The translations under genes were made by a program, and so were the position numbers. DNA of 57,756 nt, taken from the sequence record OQ955832.1. One strand, 5' to 3'. A model generated the notes under the pieces. That model saw nothing but the letters and a program-made list of their open reading frames with translations. It ran no database searches and was not told the DNA's origin. This stretch comes from Escherichia phage vB_EcoS_PJ16. Shown here one piece after another: positions 44,677 to 54,465 of the stretch (its first letter is position 1; the number at the start of each line of letters is the position of its first letter).

Positions 44677-47355
44677 GTGAGTCAACAACCACTTCGTTAT
44701 TACCAACAAGATGCAGTTAACAACGTGCGCCAGGCATGGTCGAACGGTGCTAATGACGTGATTCTTGTGCTTCCCACTGGCTGTCATGCTAAAGACAGTG
44801 AAATTCTTATGTACAACGGTGATGTTATAAAAGTACAGGATGTTTTACCTGGTGATTTATTGATGGGTCGTGATTCATTACCACGAACCGTGTTAGCGTT
44901 AGCTCGTGGCAGAGAAGAAATGTTTGAAATCATCCCAGTCAAAGGGTCACCTTTCCGTGTAAATAAAAATCACATATTACATTTGATACATACTGAATCA
45001 AAAGAAGAAATAGACATTTCTGTAAGTGATTACTTACAGAAATCAAATTATTTCAAACATTGCCACAAGTTGCTTCGTACGGGGGTTGATTTCGAATATC
45101 GCGAACCACCGACTTTAGACCCGTGGTTTGCCGGGATTATGATCGGTGATGGTAGTTACAAATCAGGTACACCACGTCTGACAAATGCAGACTCAAGTAT
45201 TTTAGAAAAGGCTACTTTTTACGCAAACCTTTTTGGATGTGTCTGCAAAGATGTAAAAGGTAACAACTGTGTTACACGTTATTTCGGTTATCCCGGGTCA
45301 TCGCGTTCGGTTAGTAACCCGTTGAGCGATGCGATGAAATCTGATGGATTGTGGGGGAAAATCGCACATGAAAAATCAATACCTGATGTGTATAAAAAAG
45401 GAAGCAGAAACACACGTTTAAACGTTCTGGCAGGATTAATTGATAGCGACGGATATATTTCACATAAGGGCGTTGATTTTGTGTCCAAATCACAGCAGTT
45501 AGCCGCTGATTTAGTGTTCGTTGCAAGAAGCCTGGGGAAAGCCGCGTATTACAAAGCCTGTGTTAAATCATGTCAAACGGGTAATGCAAACATTTACTAC
45601 AGAGTGAGTATTAGTGGCGATTTAAGCGATGTACCATTCGTTAGAAAACATGGTGATTTAACGAGAAAGCAGAAGAAAAATCATTTAGTAACGGGCTTTT
45701 CTGTTCGGTCTGTTGGTGAAGATAATTTTTATGGTTTTATGGTTAACGGTGACAATCTTTATCTTACGTCAGACTTCATCATCCATCATAACAGTGGTAA
45801 AACACGTACTATGGCTGAACTACTAAAATCCGACGGTGTAAAAGTCATCCAGGCACACCGCAAAGAACTAGTTAGTCAAATCGCAATGGCTGTTGCTCGC
45901 CAGGGGTTAGCACACAGATTTATAGCGCAAAAAGATACTGTTAAGTTTGCAACTAATCAGCAGATGAAAACGCTTGGTTACAGTACCTATTCCCCCGGTG
46001 CTGACATCGTTATTACCAGTTCACAAACGTTAAGAACAAAACAGTACGAACGATGGTACAACGACGTGTCTCTTGTATTCAGCGACGAAGCGCATCACCT
46101 GGTGCGTGGCACACAGTGGGGAGACTGCCGGGAAAAATTCCCTAACGCTAAAGGTCTGGGTGTTACAGCCACACCGATCCGTGCTGACGGTAAAGGCCTG
46201 GGTCGTCATGCATCAGGTTACGCAGATCAGATGATCATTGGTCCGTCAATGCGTGAATTAATCAGTCAACAACACCTGGCTGATTATCGTCTGATCATGG
46301 CTGAAACAGACCTGGAATTAACCGCAGAAATGATTTCTCATACGACGGGTGATTACAAACCATCTGCGTTAAAAAAAGCGATGGAAGATTCAAACATTGT
46401 TGGTGATACCGTTAGTACGTGGAAAACGTATGCAGATGGTTTACTCACTGTTGTGTTTACGTGTGATGTGGATTCTGCTGAAGCACTTGCAAAAGAATTT
46501 CGCGATGCTGGCATTCCTGCAGAGGCGATCAGTTCACGAAACAGTAATCAGGAACGAGCGGATATTCTGGAACGTTTTGAACGACGTAAAACACTCGTGC
46601 TATGTAACAACGATTTATTCGGTGAAGGATACGACTGTCCGGCAATGGAATGTGCAGTAATGGATCGCCCCACAGAATCTTACTCTTTGTTTGTACAACA
46701 AATGGGTCGACCATTGCGTTTCAAACCCGGTAAAAAAGCACTGATTATTGATAAAGTCGGTAATGTTCGTCGATTTCTGGCCCGTGGTTTTCCACTTCCT
46801 GATCAGCATTACAACTGGTCTTTAGATGACCGTGACCGTCGTTCATCTAACAGCAGTGGGAACAGTAATACAACATGTACAAACAAGGGTGATCCTGATA
46901 ATGGTATTCCACCGTGTCTGAAGCCTTATCCGTCTGGTCTTCCGTGCTGCCCGTATTGTGGTCATGTTCCTGAAAAAGCCGAACGCTCAGGCCCGGATCG
47001 TGTAGAAGGTAATTTACGTGAACTGACACCTGAAGAACTGGAAGAATTACGCCGGGCAGTGGTGATAATCGACCGTGACCCTGTTGCAGTAAAAGAACAA
47101 ATGTTAAACGCGGGTGCACCCCCTGTTGCAGCTTACAGTGCAATGAAAAACATTCAGGCAATGAACGATGCACAGCGTAAGTTACGCAGCATGATCACCA
47201 CATGGGCAGGTATTCAGCGTGATAAAGGTATACCCGTTGATGACGCTTACAAGATGTTTTACAGGGTGTTTGGTGTTGATGTACTTAGTGCACAGGGCTT
47301 ACGTACTCGTGAAGCTAATGAACTCGCCGCAAGGGTTGCAAGTTCATTAATCTGA
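44677..47355 (+). CDS. SF2 DEAH-type DNA helicase, intein-containing precursor
   Basis: GTG start with AAGGA RBS; Walker A split as LPTG / SGKT by intein; DEAHH, TATP, QQMGRPLR motifs; C-terminal CxxC zinc ribbon. Confidence 0.85.
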   Translation: MSQQPLRYYQQDAVNNVRQAWSNGANDVILVLPTGCHAKDSEILMYNGDVIKVQDVLPGDLLMGRDSLPRTVLALARGREEMFEIIPVKGSPFRVNKNHILHLIHTESKEEIDISVSDYLQKSNYFKHCHKLLRTGVDFEYREPPTLDPWFAGIMIGDGSYKSGTPRLTNADSSILEKATFYANLFGCVCKDVKGNNCVTRYFGYPGSSRSVSNPLSDAMKSDGLWGKIAHEKSIPDVYKKGSRNTRLNVLAGLIDSDGYISHKGVDFVSKSQQLAADLVFVARSLGKAAYYKACVKSCQTGNANIYYRVSISGDLSDVPFVRKHGDLTRKQKKNHLVTGFSVRSVGEDNFYGFMVNGDNLYLTSDFIIHHNSGKTRTMAELLKSDGVKVIQAHRKELVSQIAMAVARQGLAHRFIAQKDTVKFATNQQMKTLGYSTYSPGADIVITSSQTLRTKQYERWYNDVSLVFSDEAHHLVRGTQWGDCREKFPNAKGLGVTATPIRADGKGLGRHASGYADQMIIGPSMRELISQQHLADYRLIMAETDLELTAEMISHTTGDYKPSALKKAMEDSNIVGDTVSTWKTYADGLLTVVFTCDVDSAEALAKEFRDAGIPAEAISSRNSNQERADILERFERRKTLVLCNNDLFGEGYDCPAMECAVMDRPTESYSLFVQQMGRPLRFKPGKKALIIDKVGNVRRFLARGFPLPDQHYNWSLDDRDRRSSNSSGNSNTTCTNKGDPDNGIPPCLKPYPSGLPCCPYCGHVPEKAERSGPDRVEGNLRELTPEELEELRRAVVIIDRDPVAVKEQMLNAGAPPVAAYSAMKNIQAMNDAQRKLRSMITTWAGIQRDKGIPVDDAYKMFYRVFGVDVLSAQGLRTREANELAARVASSLI
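44782..45792 (+). mobile_element. Intein with double-LAGLIDADG homing endonuclease in helicase P-loop
   Basis: Begins with Cys after LPTG, ends HN before Ser; LAGLIDSDG and FAGIMIGDG motifs; 337 codons in frame. Confidence 0.8.
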
Positions 47356-47396
47356 TGGTAATCTGCATAGAAATATTTTAAACGTAAGGAACTGTA

Positions 47397-47888
47397 ATGA
47401 CAACGCTTGAACAATGGGCGATTCGTCACGGTATTAGTCAGATGGCGTTGTACGAGTTATACGCTCTTTATCAGCCTGACGGAACACCACACGAAGACGG
47501 TGTAAGTGAAAGCGCTACCAGTAAAGAGTGTGAACTGATTGCAGCACGTGCCGGGCAACGTATCTGGCGTAATAACTCAGGTGCTCTGAAAAACGAAAAA
47601 GGAATGATGGTTCGTTATGGTCTTGGTAACACCAGTGCGAAAATCAACGCTGTTATGAAGTCAAGCGACTACATCGGCATTAAAACCAAAATCGTTACAC
47701 CGGATATGATCGGTTCGAAAGTGGGCGTCTTTATTGCTGCCGAAATGAAACGCCCTGACTGGTACATGACCCCGAGTGACAGACATGCACAAGCACAGGC
47801 CACTTTCGGTGCGATTGTTGAAAACGCAGGTGGTGAATTTCGTTTCATCACTCATCCTTCACAATTTGAAAAATGGATTAAACAATGA
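47397..47888 (+). CDS. VRR-NUC domain nuclease
   Basis: RNNSG, D-Y-IG, E-K and QAQ elements in order. Confidence 0.6.
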   Translation: MTTLEQWAIRHGISQMALYELYALYQPDGTPHEDGVSESATSKECELIAARAGQRIWRNNSGALKNEKGMMVRYGLGNTSAKINAVMKSSDYIGIKTKIVTPDMIGSKVGVFIAAEMKRPDWYMTPSDRHAQAQATFGAIVENAGGEFRFITHPSQFEKWIKQ

Positions 47889-48160
47889 ATAAAAAATCTT
47901 TAATCGCAACAATTGTAAGTCCTGAATACAAACAAAAACGTGAATCAATAACGTCTGAAATTGTTTCTGAATTTGATGACGTTAAAAAAACAAACCAACG
48001 CGTATCACGTCTGCAAAAACTGATTGATAACCACGGTATTGAAGCTGTTGCTAAACGTCTGAACGTTACTGAAATTCATGTTAAACGTAATCTGCTTACC
48101 GGGCGATCTGCTATCAACCTGGTCAAACTGATGGCTGCTGAACGTCAGTTCGGAGCGTAA
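47885..48160 (+). CDS. Hypothetical protein (91 aa)
   Basis: Track ORF. Confidence 0.45.
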   Translation: MNKKSLIATIVSPEYKQKRESITSEIVSEFDDVKKTNQRVSRLQKLIDNHGIEAVAKRLNVTEIHVKRNLLTGRSAINLVKLMAAERQFGA

Positions 48161-48163
48161 ATT

Positions 48164-50518
48164 ATGAAAGGGTTACTGAACCGTAAACAGTGGGTCATGT
48201 GGCGGCTTGAGACAGTCGCCGATCGTCCAAAACCAACAAAAGTACCATATAGCCCGGTACACGGTTATAAAGCCAGTACCACTAACCCTAACGACTGGTC
48301 TGACTATCACACCGCGTTAGGTATGGCGCAAATGTACGGTATGTCCGGCGTTGGTTTTGTATTCACAGAAAATGACCCTTATTTCTTTATCGATGTTGAT
48401 AACTGTCTGGTAGATCAGGCAACAGCTACGTGGTCACCTCTGGCGCATGAATTCGTAAACCGTTTCCCAAATGCTTACACTGAAGTAAGTCAGTCAGGAA
48501 CAGGTTTACATATCATCTGTGCTTATACCAGCATGCCGGAAGGTTTTAACAGTCTGAACGACCAGAAAACCGGGTTGGAAATGTACTGGCGTGATCGTTT
48601 CGTCGCGATGACGCTCACGGGGAATGGTGATGTTGATATTGATTATACCCAGGGCATTCATGATTCTATTGCCCGGTATGGTCGTATCCGTTCAGACCGT
48701 TCCGCACGCTGGACAACAGCACCCTGTGATGACTGGTCAGGTCCGACAGACGACGATGAACTGATTAAAATGGCGTTAAATTCGTCCAGTGCTGCTTCAG
48801 TATTTGGCAATAAAGCGTCATTTGCGGATCTGTGGAATGCAAACGTTGAACGCCTGTCTGTGTCATATCCCAGCGACCAGGGAAAAGACTACAATGCATC
48901 TGCCGCTGATGCTGCCCTGTGTTCACACCTTGCATTCTGGACTGGGAAAGATTGCGAACGCATTGAACGGTTGTTTAACCGTTCCGGGCTGGTTCGTGGT
49001 AAATGGACAGATCGTCAGGATTACCGTGAAAACACAATTCTGGGCGCTGTGGAACGTTGTGATACTGTGTATCGTAGTCAACCGACACTGACACCAGAAC
49101 TGATGAAAGCAGTCACACCAGCGCCTACCATCGTTCCTAACGGTGGAACACCTGCGTACATGAGTGTGAAACCCGGTGAAGGTGCATATGGTTCAAACCA
49201 CACAGTTAACGCATCCACTTTCGTTAATAACTATTATCCGAACAACACATTGATTTTCGTCCAGCAACAGCCGTACCGGTTTAACGGTCGTGTATGGGAA
49301 CGTGTGAGTGAAGATGAACTGAAACATCAGATATCTATGGCAATGCTCGCCAGCGAACCAAAAGCTGACGTGATTAATGGTACGTACAAGGTATTGTCGT
49401 ATTTATTCACACGGGCTGATCGTGAGCTTGGAACATGGCCCGGCGTTGATGTGTCACACTACATTGTATGTCAGAATGGGATACTGGATGTACACACGGG
49501 TAAATGTGATGCACACAACCCGGATTTCTTTACAACCAGTATTTTACCGTATAGCTACGATCCGTTTGCCCGTGCACCAGCGTTTGAACAGTTTCTTAAT
49601 ACAACTCTGGAAGGTGATCAGGAACGTATCGCACTGTTGCAGGAATGGCTGGGTTACATGCTTGTCAACTCGTATGACTATCAGAAAGCGATGCTGTTGA
49701 TTGGTGCACCACGTTCCGGTAAAGGTACGATTGGTCGCATCATTCAGGCACTGGTAGGTGATGAAGCGTATGCAGGGATCACACTAGAGGGTTTAGCCAG
49801 TGATGCGGTACTTGAAACTGTGCTGGATAAATCTGTGCTGTTTATTGGTGATGCTCACAGTGTGTCCGGGCCTGATCGCAACCGAATTCTGGACCGTTTC
49901 AAATCTATTACAGGTTGTGATGCGATTCCGGTTAATCGTAAGTATAAAGGTGCATGGAACGGTCGTTTACCTGGACGTATGACACTGGCTGCTAACAACA
50001 TACCGGCATTTGCTGATGATTCAGGTGCAATGGCTAACCGTTTACTGATCCTACCATTCAACATTTCGTTCCTGGGTCGTGAAGATACCACTCTGGAAGC
50101 ACGACTGATGAAAGAACTACCTGGGATCTGTAACTGGGCGATTGAAGGTTTACAACGGTTACGTGCAAACGGACGGTTTACTGAACCAAAAGCAAGTCTG
50201 GAAGAACGTCAGGAAATTATGGACCAACAATCACCACTTAGAAGTTTTATCAGAGATTGTTGCGAATTGGTATCTGATGGTGAGGTGCACACTGAAGAAC
50301 TCTATGGTCGTTATCGTCTCTGGAAAACACAGGAAGGTGGTCCAGCAATGACTAAAACTGCATTTAGTCGGGCGTTTAAATCCACCCTTCGTGGTAAAGT
50401 GAAAAAAGACGTTGTTAATATAAATAACGTTCGACTAAACGGTTTCAGGGGTATTCGTCTTCTCCCTTTTCAGTCAACAGCTAATATAGTGCCTTTCCCA
50501 CCTGCGAGTAATGGTTAG
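48164..50518 (+). CDS. Primase-polymerase / P4-D5-type helicase
   Basis: 784 aa; N-terminal prim-pol-like region (FIDVD), C-terminal Walker A GAPRSGKGT. Confidence 0.75.
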   Translation: MKGLLNRKQWVMWRLETVADRPKPTKVPYSPVHGYKASTTNPNDWSDYHTALGMAQMYGMSGVGFVFTENDPYFFIDVDNCLVDQATATWSPLAHEFVNRFPNAYTEVSQSGTGLHIICAYTSMPEGFNSLNDQKTGLEMYWRDRFVAMTLTGNGDVDIDYTQGIHDSIARYGRIRSDRSARWTTAPCDDWSGPTDDDELIKMALNSSSAASVFGNKASFADLWNANVERLSVSYPSDQGKDYNASAADAALCSHLAFWTGKDCERIERLFNRSGLVRGKWTDRQDYRENTILGAVERCDTVYRSQPTLTPELMKAVTPAPTIVPNGGTPAYMSVKPGEGAYGSNHTVNASTFVNNYYPNNTLIFVQQQPYRFNGRVWERVSEDELKHQISMAMLASEPKADVINGTYKVLSYLFTRADRELGTWPGVDVSHYIVCQNGILDVHTGKCDAHNPDFFTTSILPYSYDPFARAPAFEQFLNTTLEGDQERIALLQEWLGYMLVNSYDYQKAMLLIGAPRSGKGTIGRIIQALVGDEAYAGITLEGLASDAVLETVLDKSVLFIGDAHSVSGPDRNRILDRFKSITGCDAIPVNRKYKGAWNGRLPGRMTLAANNIPAFADDSGAMANRLLILPFNISFLGREDTTLEARLMKELPGICNWAIEGLQRLRANGRFTEPKASLEERQEIMDQQSPLRSFIRDCCELVSDGEVHTEELYGRYRLWKTQEGGPAMTKTAFSRAFKSTLRGKVKKDVVNINNVRLNGFRGIRLLPFQSTANIVPFPPASNG

Positions 50519-50529
50519 TCGTTGCACAA

Positions 50530-50577
50530 GGACGTGTAAAATAATTCTTGACGAATTACAGATATGTGCGCTATAGT
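50530..50577 (+). promoter_or_regulatory. sigma70-type promoter with UP element (conserved family)
   Basis: TAAAATAATTCTTGACGAATTACA; -35 50548-50553, -10 TATAGT 50572-50577. Confidence 0.55.
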
Positions 50578-50608
50578 CTGTACATCAAGTGAACAAGGAG
50601 TGATTGTT

Positions 50609-50821
50609 ATGAAACCACGCTACCGATTAATGAGACTTTCACAGTGTCCTAACGGAACACGGTTTTATTTTTATCGTCTGAAGCAACTATTACCTTTCAC
50701 GTTAATTGCTAACAGCTTCAAGAAACACGAAAGTATTTATCACGAGGGTCATGATTTTAATATAACCGCGCGAAAATACAGAACGTCTATTTATAAACTT
50801 GTGTGGGCTAAGGTGAACTAA
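50609..50821 (+). CDS. Hypothetical protein (70 aa)
   Basis: Track ORF 50564-50821 trimmed to ATG 50609 (AAGGAG RBS), downstream of predicted TSS. Confidence 0.4.
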   Translation: MKPRYRLMRLSQCPNGTRFYFYRLKQLLPFTLIANSFKKHESIYHEGHDFNITARKYRTSIYKLVWAKVN

Positions 50822-50822
50822 A

Positions 50823-51020
50823 ATGAAAAACATATTTGACCGTTTAATTACTGCTATTATTTTCCTTGTATCCATAACACTCGCTTCTTGTATTGTCGGA
50901 CTAATGACCCGTGGTAATCATGCGGAAACACCGTGGTGGTTTCTGGCGGGTCTTGGATTATTAGCGGCTGCTGCATCAATTGGCGCGTGTATGTGGGGAG
51001 TGAAAAACGATCATGACTGA
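50823..51020 (+). CDS. Small membrane protein (65 aa)
   Basis: Two hydrophobic helices. Confidence 0.45.
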   Translation: MKNIFDRLITAIIFLVSITLASCIVGLMTRGNHAETPWWFLAGLGLLAAAASIGACMWGVKNDHD

Positions 51021-51228
51021 GTTCGGTGCTGTAATCAAAAAAGAAGACCGTTATGCACATATTGATACCCGGATTACCTGGGTTGATATCAGTGAAGCTA
51101 CTCTGTTCAGTTCAACTTACATGGCTGGTGTTGCACTTAAAGCACTTCGTGATCAAGGTTTCAATTGCAGAAAAGTAACAATCGCGCCTGTTAAAATCAC
51201 ACGAATTGTCGAGGAGACAGAAGGATGA
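51013..51228 (+). CDS. Hypothetical protein (71 aa)
   Basis: Track ORF. Confidence 0.4.
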   Translation: MTEFGAVIKKEDRYAHIDTRITWVDISEATLFSSTYMAGVALKALRDQGFNCRKVTIAPVKITRIVEETEG

Positions 51229-51905
51229 AAGTCGTCTGGTCGTTATTCGATGGTTCCGGGATTATGGGTTTACCGTGGGCTAAGGCTGGCTATCAGGTTT
51301 ATTGCTTTAATGCTGATTCCGGTAATCACGGGGAATATTTTATTAAAGCTGATCACCCCAATCTTCATTACGTTAATCAATGGATTGATCCACAGTTTGC
51401 AATTAAGCAGGAAATACTGGGAACACCTTTACCGTCAATTATTTTTGGTTTTCCGGATTGCACCCTGTTTGCTCAAAGCGGTTCGCAACATAACCGGGAT
51501 GACGCTGAACTACAGTATGCACTGGCAAACGCAAAACTGATCCGGGAACTCGGAGAACGTTATAACGTACCCTGGATGGTGGAAAACCCTGTCGGTGCTT
51601 TATCGCGTCCTGAAATGATGGGGACACCTGACGCTTATTTTCATCCGTGGGAATATGGCGGTTATATGACAACAGATGATAAACCTTTTCACCCTAAAAT
51701 GCCGATGTTTGACGGATACACGAAGAAAACATGTCTGTGGTTCGGTAACGGTTTCAGAATGCCTGAAAAACGTCCCGGACCGATTAATATTGGTTTCTTC
51801 TGGGGCTGGAAATATCTGGGTGGTAAATCTGAAACAACTAAACAGTTACGTTCATTAACCCCGCGTGGCTTTGCTCGCGCTGTATTTGAGGCTAATAAAC
51901 AATGA
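51225..51905 (+). CDS. C5-cytosine methyltransferase-like protein (short, atypical)
   Basis: Motif I-like LFDGSG, motif IV-like GFPDC, motif VI-like ENPVG; only 226 aa, no obvious target-recognition domain. Confidence 0.5.
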   Translation: MKVVWSLFDGSGIMGLPWAKAGYQVYCFNADSGNHGEYFIKADHPNLHYVNQWIDPQFAIKQEILGTPLPSIIFGFPDCTLFAQSGSQHNRDDAELQYALANAKLIRELGERYNVPWMVENPVGALSRPEMMGTPDAYFHPWEYGGYMTTDDKPFHPKMPMFDGYTKKTCLWFGNGFRMPEKRPGPINIGFFWGWKYLGGKSETTKQLRSLTPRGFARAVFEANKQ

Positions 51906-52297
51906 TAATAGTCGTTACAGGCGGTCGTGACTTCAACGACAGAACAGCGGTATTTTCAGCATTAGGGTTACTTCACAAACAATTCCCGGTTACCGAACTG
52001 ATTGAAGGCGGTGCATCAGGTGTTGATAACCTGTGTAAGCAATGGGCGCAATTACACGGTATTCCTGTACGTAGTTGCCCGGCAGCATGGGACGATCTGA
52101 CTGTACCAGGTGCGGTTGTAAAACAGGGTAAGCATGGGCCTTATAACGCTGTTGCAGGTCATCAACGTAATCAGGCAATGTTAGAGGGTGAACCACGCCC
52201 TACATACGGTGTTGTGTTCCCCGGTGGGCGTGGTACTGCCGACATGCATCGTCGTATGTTGAAAGCTGGTTTAACTGTGTGGGTTCCATATCCTTAA
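51902..52297 (+). CDS. SLOG/LOG-like Rossmann-fold protein (DUF2493-like)
   Basis: VVTGGRDF, GGASGVD and PGGRGTADM motifs. Confidence 0.5.
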   Translation: MIIVVTGGRDFNDRTAVFSALGLLHKQFPVTELIEGGASGVDNLCKQWAQLHGIPVRSCPAAWDDLTVPGAVVKQGKHGPYNAVAGHQRNQAMLEGEPRPTYGVVFPGGRGTADMHRRMLKAGLTVWVPYP

Positions 52298-52334
52298 AAT
52301 AATTCTTGACAGATTACCAACCTCCCCCGATAAT
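52290..52334 (+). promoter_or_regulatory. sigma70-type promoter with UP element (conserved family)
   Basis: TAAAATAATTCTTGACAGATTACC; -35 52306-52311, 17-bp spacer, -10 GATAAT 52329-52334. Confidence 0.6.
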
Positions 52335-52357
52335 TAGCCTCAGTTAACACACATGAG
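52335..52357 (+). promoter_or_regulatory. 5' leader hairpin overlapping SD (inverted version of hairpin at 15257)
   Basis: Stem gcctcag/gaggc; right arm contains GAGG SD of the 52369 gene. Confidence 0.45.
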
Positions 52358-52368
52358 GCTAAACACAA

Positions 52369-53136
52369 ATGGCTAACATTAACTCCCTTCGCAAGCTGTC
52401 TGATACCGATAAAACCAACGTAAAACGTGGTAATGCGTATCGTATTGATCCGCGTATTATCAAGATTCGTCCAGGACATAACCCACGCGGTGTGTTTACC
52501 GACAACTACTGGGAAACTGAAGCAGCACTGGCACACATTGAAAACTTTCGTCAGGCTTATACTAACGGCGATTTCGTTCCACCCATCGTGGTACAGGTTG
52601 TTGACGGTGTTCCGTATGTCCAGGATGGTGAGCATCGTTTACGTGGTGTATTGGCAGCTATTGACGCCGGGACGCCGATTCTGACAGTAGACGTTGTTGA
52701 ATCGTCCGGTGACGAACTACAACAGACCCTGACACTGTTAAAAGGTAATGAAGGTAAACCGTGGTCCCCTGTTGAACGTGCTGTTATTTACGGTCGTTTC
52801 CGTTCATATGGCATGAGTGTTGAGCAGATCGCTACACAGGTCGGTAAAACCGTTCAGCACGTTTACGAACAACTGAATATTCTTGATATGCCGCTGGAAC
52901 TTAAACGTCGTATTCAGAACGGCGAAATCAGCGCGTCAGCAGCCATTCGCCAGTTTAAAGCAGGTGATAAAGAACCAGTAGTAACGCGTCGTCCGCCTGC
53001 TAAACTGGTACGGTCTGCAGTGGAAGCAATCCGTGGTGAATGGTCTGTAACCCGTTCGGAAGGTGGTAAAGTCCTGGTTGAACTTACCGCTGAACAGTTT
53101 GAAGCGTTAAAAGCACTGAAGGAGCACCAGTTATGA
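52369..53136 (+). CDS. ParB-like nuclease domain protein
   Basis: KIRPGHNPRG and DGEHRLRGVLAA resemble ParB/sulfiredoxin N-domain motifs. Confidence 0.65.
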   Translation: MANINSLRKLSDTDKTNVKRGNAYRIDPRIIKIRPGHNPRGVFTDNYWETEAALAHIENFRQAYTNGDFVPPIVVQVVDGVPYVQDGEHRLRGVLAAIDAGTPILTVDVVESSGDELQQTLTLLKGNEGKPWSPVERAVIYGRFRSYGMSVEQIATQVGKTVQHVYEQLNILDMPLELKRRIQNGEISASAAIRQFKAGDKEPVVTRRPPAKLVRSAVEAIRGEWSVTRSEGGKVLVELTAEQFEALKALKEHQL

Positions 53137-53312
53137 AAAACCGTAAAGCAAAGATTCTGTTAGTTCGTAGAAACGCTCCTGGCGTCTGGCAGTGGGTGAG
53201 ACTCAGCAACCGACGGATGGGGTTGATGAAATATTACGGGATGATGGATTGCAGTTTTTGCAAAAAAACCCAGCGCGGCGCAAAACCGCTGGAAAAACCA
53301 CTTTCGCATTAA
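53133..53312 (+). CDS. Hypothetical small basic protein, tandem paralog 1 (59 aa)
   Basis: Not in track; ATGA-coupled to ParB-like gene; NRKAKILLVRR...WVRLSNRRM shared with next gene. Confidence 0.35.
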   Translation: MKNRKAKILLVRRNAPGVWQWVRLSNRRMGLMKYYGMMDCSFCKKTQRGAKPLEKPLSH

Positions 53313-53323
53313 AGGAGAGTGAT

Positions 53324-53521
53324 ATGGCAACCAACAATCGTAAAGCCAAGATGCTTATTTCCCGTGTATACAGCCGTTGCTATCCCAGCCAGTGGTTGAG
53401 AGTTAGCAATCGCCGTATGGTGTTGTACTTATATTCTGGAATTGCCAGAGATGGAATCAAAGATAAGCGTAGCGCGGCGCAAAACCGCTGGAAAAACCAC
53501 TTGCGTACTAAAGGAGAGTGA
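53324..53521 (+). CDS. Hypothetical small basic protein, tandem paralog 2 (65 aa)
   Basis: Track ORF 53192-53521 trimmed to ATG 53324 after AGGAGAG RBS. Confidence 0.4.
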   Translation: MATNNRKAKMLISRVYSRCYPSQWLRVSNRRMVLYLYSGIARDGIKDKRSAAQNRWKNHLRTKGE

Positions 53522-53522
53522 T

Positions 53523-53786
53523 ATGGCAACTTTAACAAAAAAAGAACGGGCATGGTTGAATGAATTACAGGACGTTCTTGATCGCTGCCCATCACCGAAA
53601 AAAATTGGTTTTTACACCATTGGCGATAAAAGCATTTACCTGTATGACCTACGCCGCATGGATGAAATCATGGAGGCTCTTGATAATCGTTCGTCGGTGG
53701 ATTGGTGTGTTGCTGTCCATGATATGAATGCCGGATTTGATGAAAAGATTTTGTTCCCCTCATCAGTTGAAAGCACTGCGGGTTAA
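53523..53786 (+). CDS. Hypothetical protein (87 aa)
   Basis: Track ORF 53442-53786 trimmed to ATG 53523 after repeated RBS element. Confidence 0.45.
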   Translation: MATLTKKERAWLNELQDVLDRCPSPKKIGFYTIGDKSIYLYDLRRMDEIMEALDNRSSVDWCVAVHDMNAGFDEKILFPSSVESTAG

Positions 53787-53796
53787 GGAGTAACAC

Positions 53797-54465
53797 ATGA
53801 CCACTATTACCAAAGAGCGACTGCTGACAATCAGGCAATGGCGCGAAACATACGGACCTGGTAGCAATGTTGTACTGCCAGCAGAAGAAGCGGAAGAACT
53901 GGCACGAATTGCTCTGGCATCGCTGGAAGCAGAACCAGTTGCTTATATTTTCAAACATCCGGCCGGGAAATTATTCTGGGCTTTAACGGATGAAAGCAAT
54001 AAAGAGCAACCGGACGTTATTCCTGTTTATGCTGACTCACCTGCGCCGGTTGTGCCGGATGAAATAGACGTAAACGATGTACCAAGGGCGGTGACATATT
54101 TCAAGACACACAGAGATTGTTACGCAGATGGCTGGAACGCCTGCCGCGCCGCCATGCTTCAGTCCGGAAACTTTCGGGAAAACAAGAATTCGTCAACCAA
54201 TAATTTTCGGGAAATCGCGGAAACGTCAACCAACTATCCGGTAATTCCTAGTGAGGTGTTGTCCGCAATCCTGAAGGTTGCCAAGATTCGTGCCGATTTC
54301 GATGATTTTGACGGTGACAGGCGAGGTATCGGTGATTGTCTGGATGAGGCTGAGCAAGAGCTTATCGTTACCATTAACAAATATGCCAGTCAGTTAGCAG
54401 CAGAACCGATAGCGACTAATGAAAATCGTTGGGTTGCCAAACTAACCGGGAGTAAAAAGAAATGA
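53797..54465 (+). CDS. Hypothetical protein (222 aa)
   Basis: Track ORF. Confidence 0.5.
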   Translation: MTTITKERLLTIRQWRETYGPGSNVVLPAEEAEELARIALASLEAEPVAYIFKHPAGKLFWALTDESNKEQPDVIPVYADSPAPVVPDEIDVNDVPRAVTYFKTHRDCYADGWNACRAAMLQSGNFRENKNSSTNNFREIAETSTNYPVIPSEVLSAILKVAKIRADFDDFDGDRRGIGDCLDEAEQELIVTINKYASQLAAEPIATNENRWVAKLTGSKKK

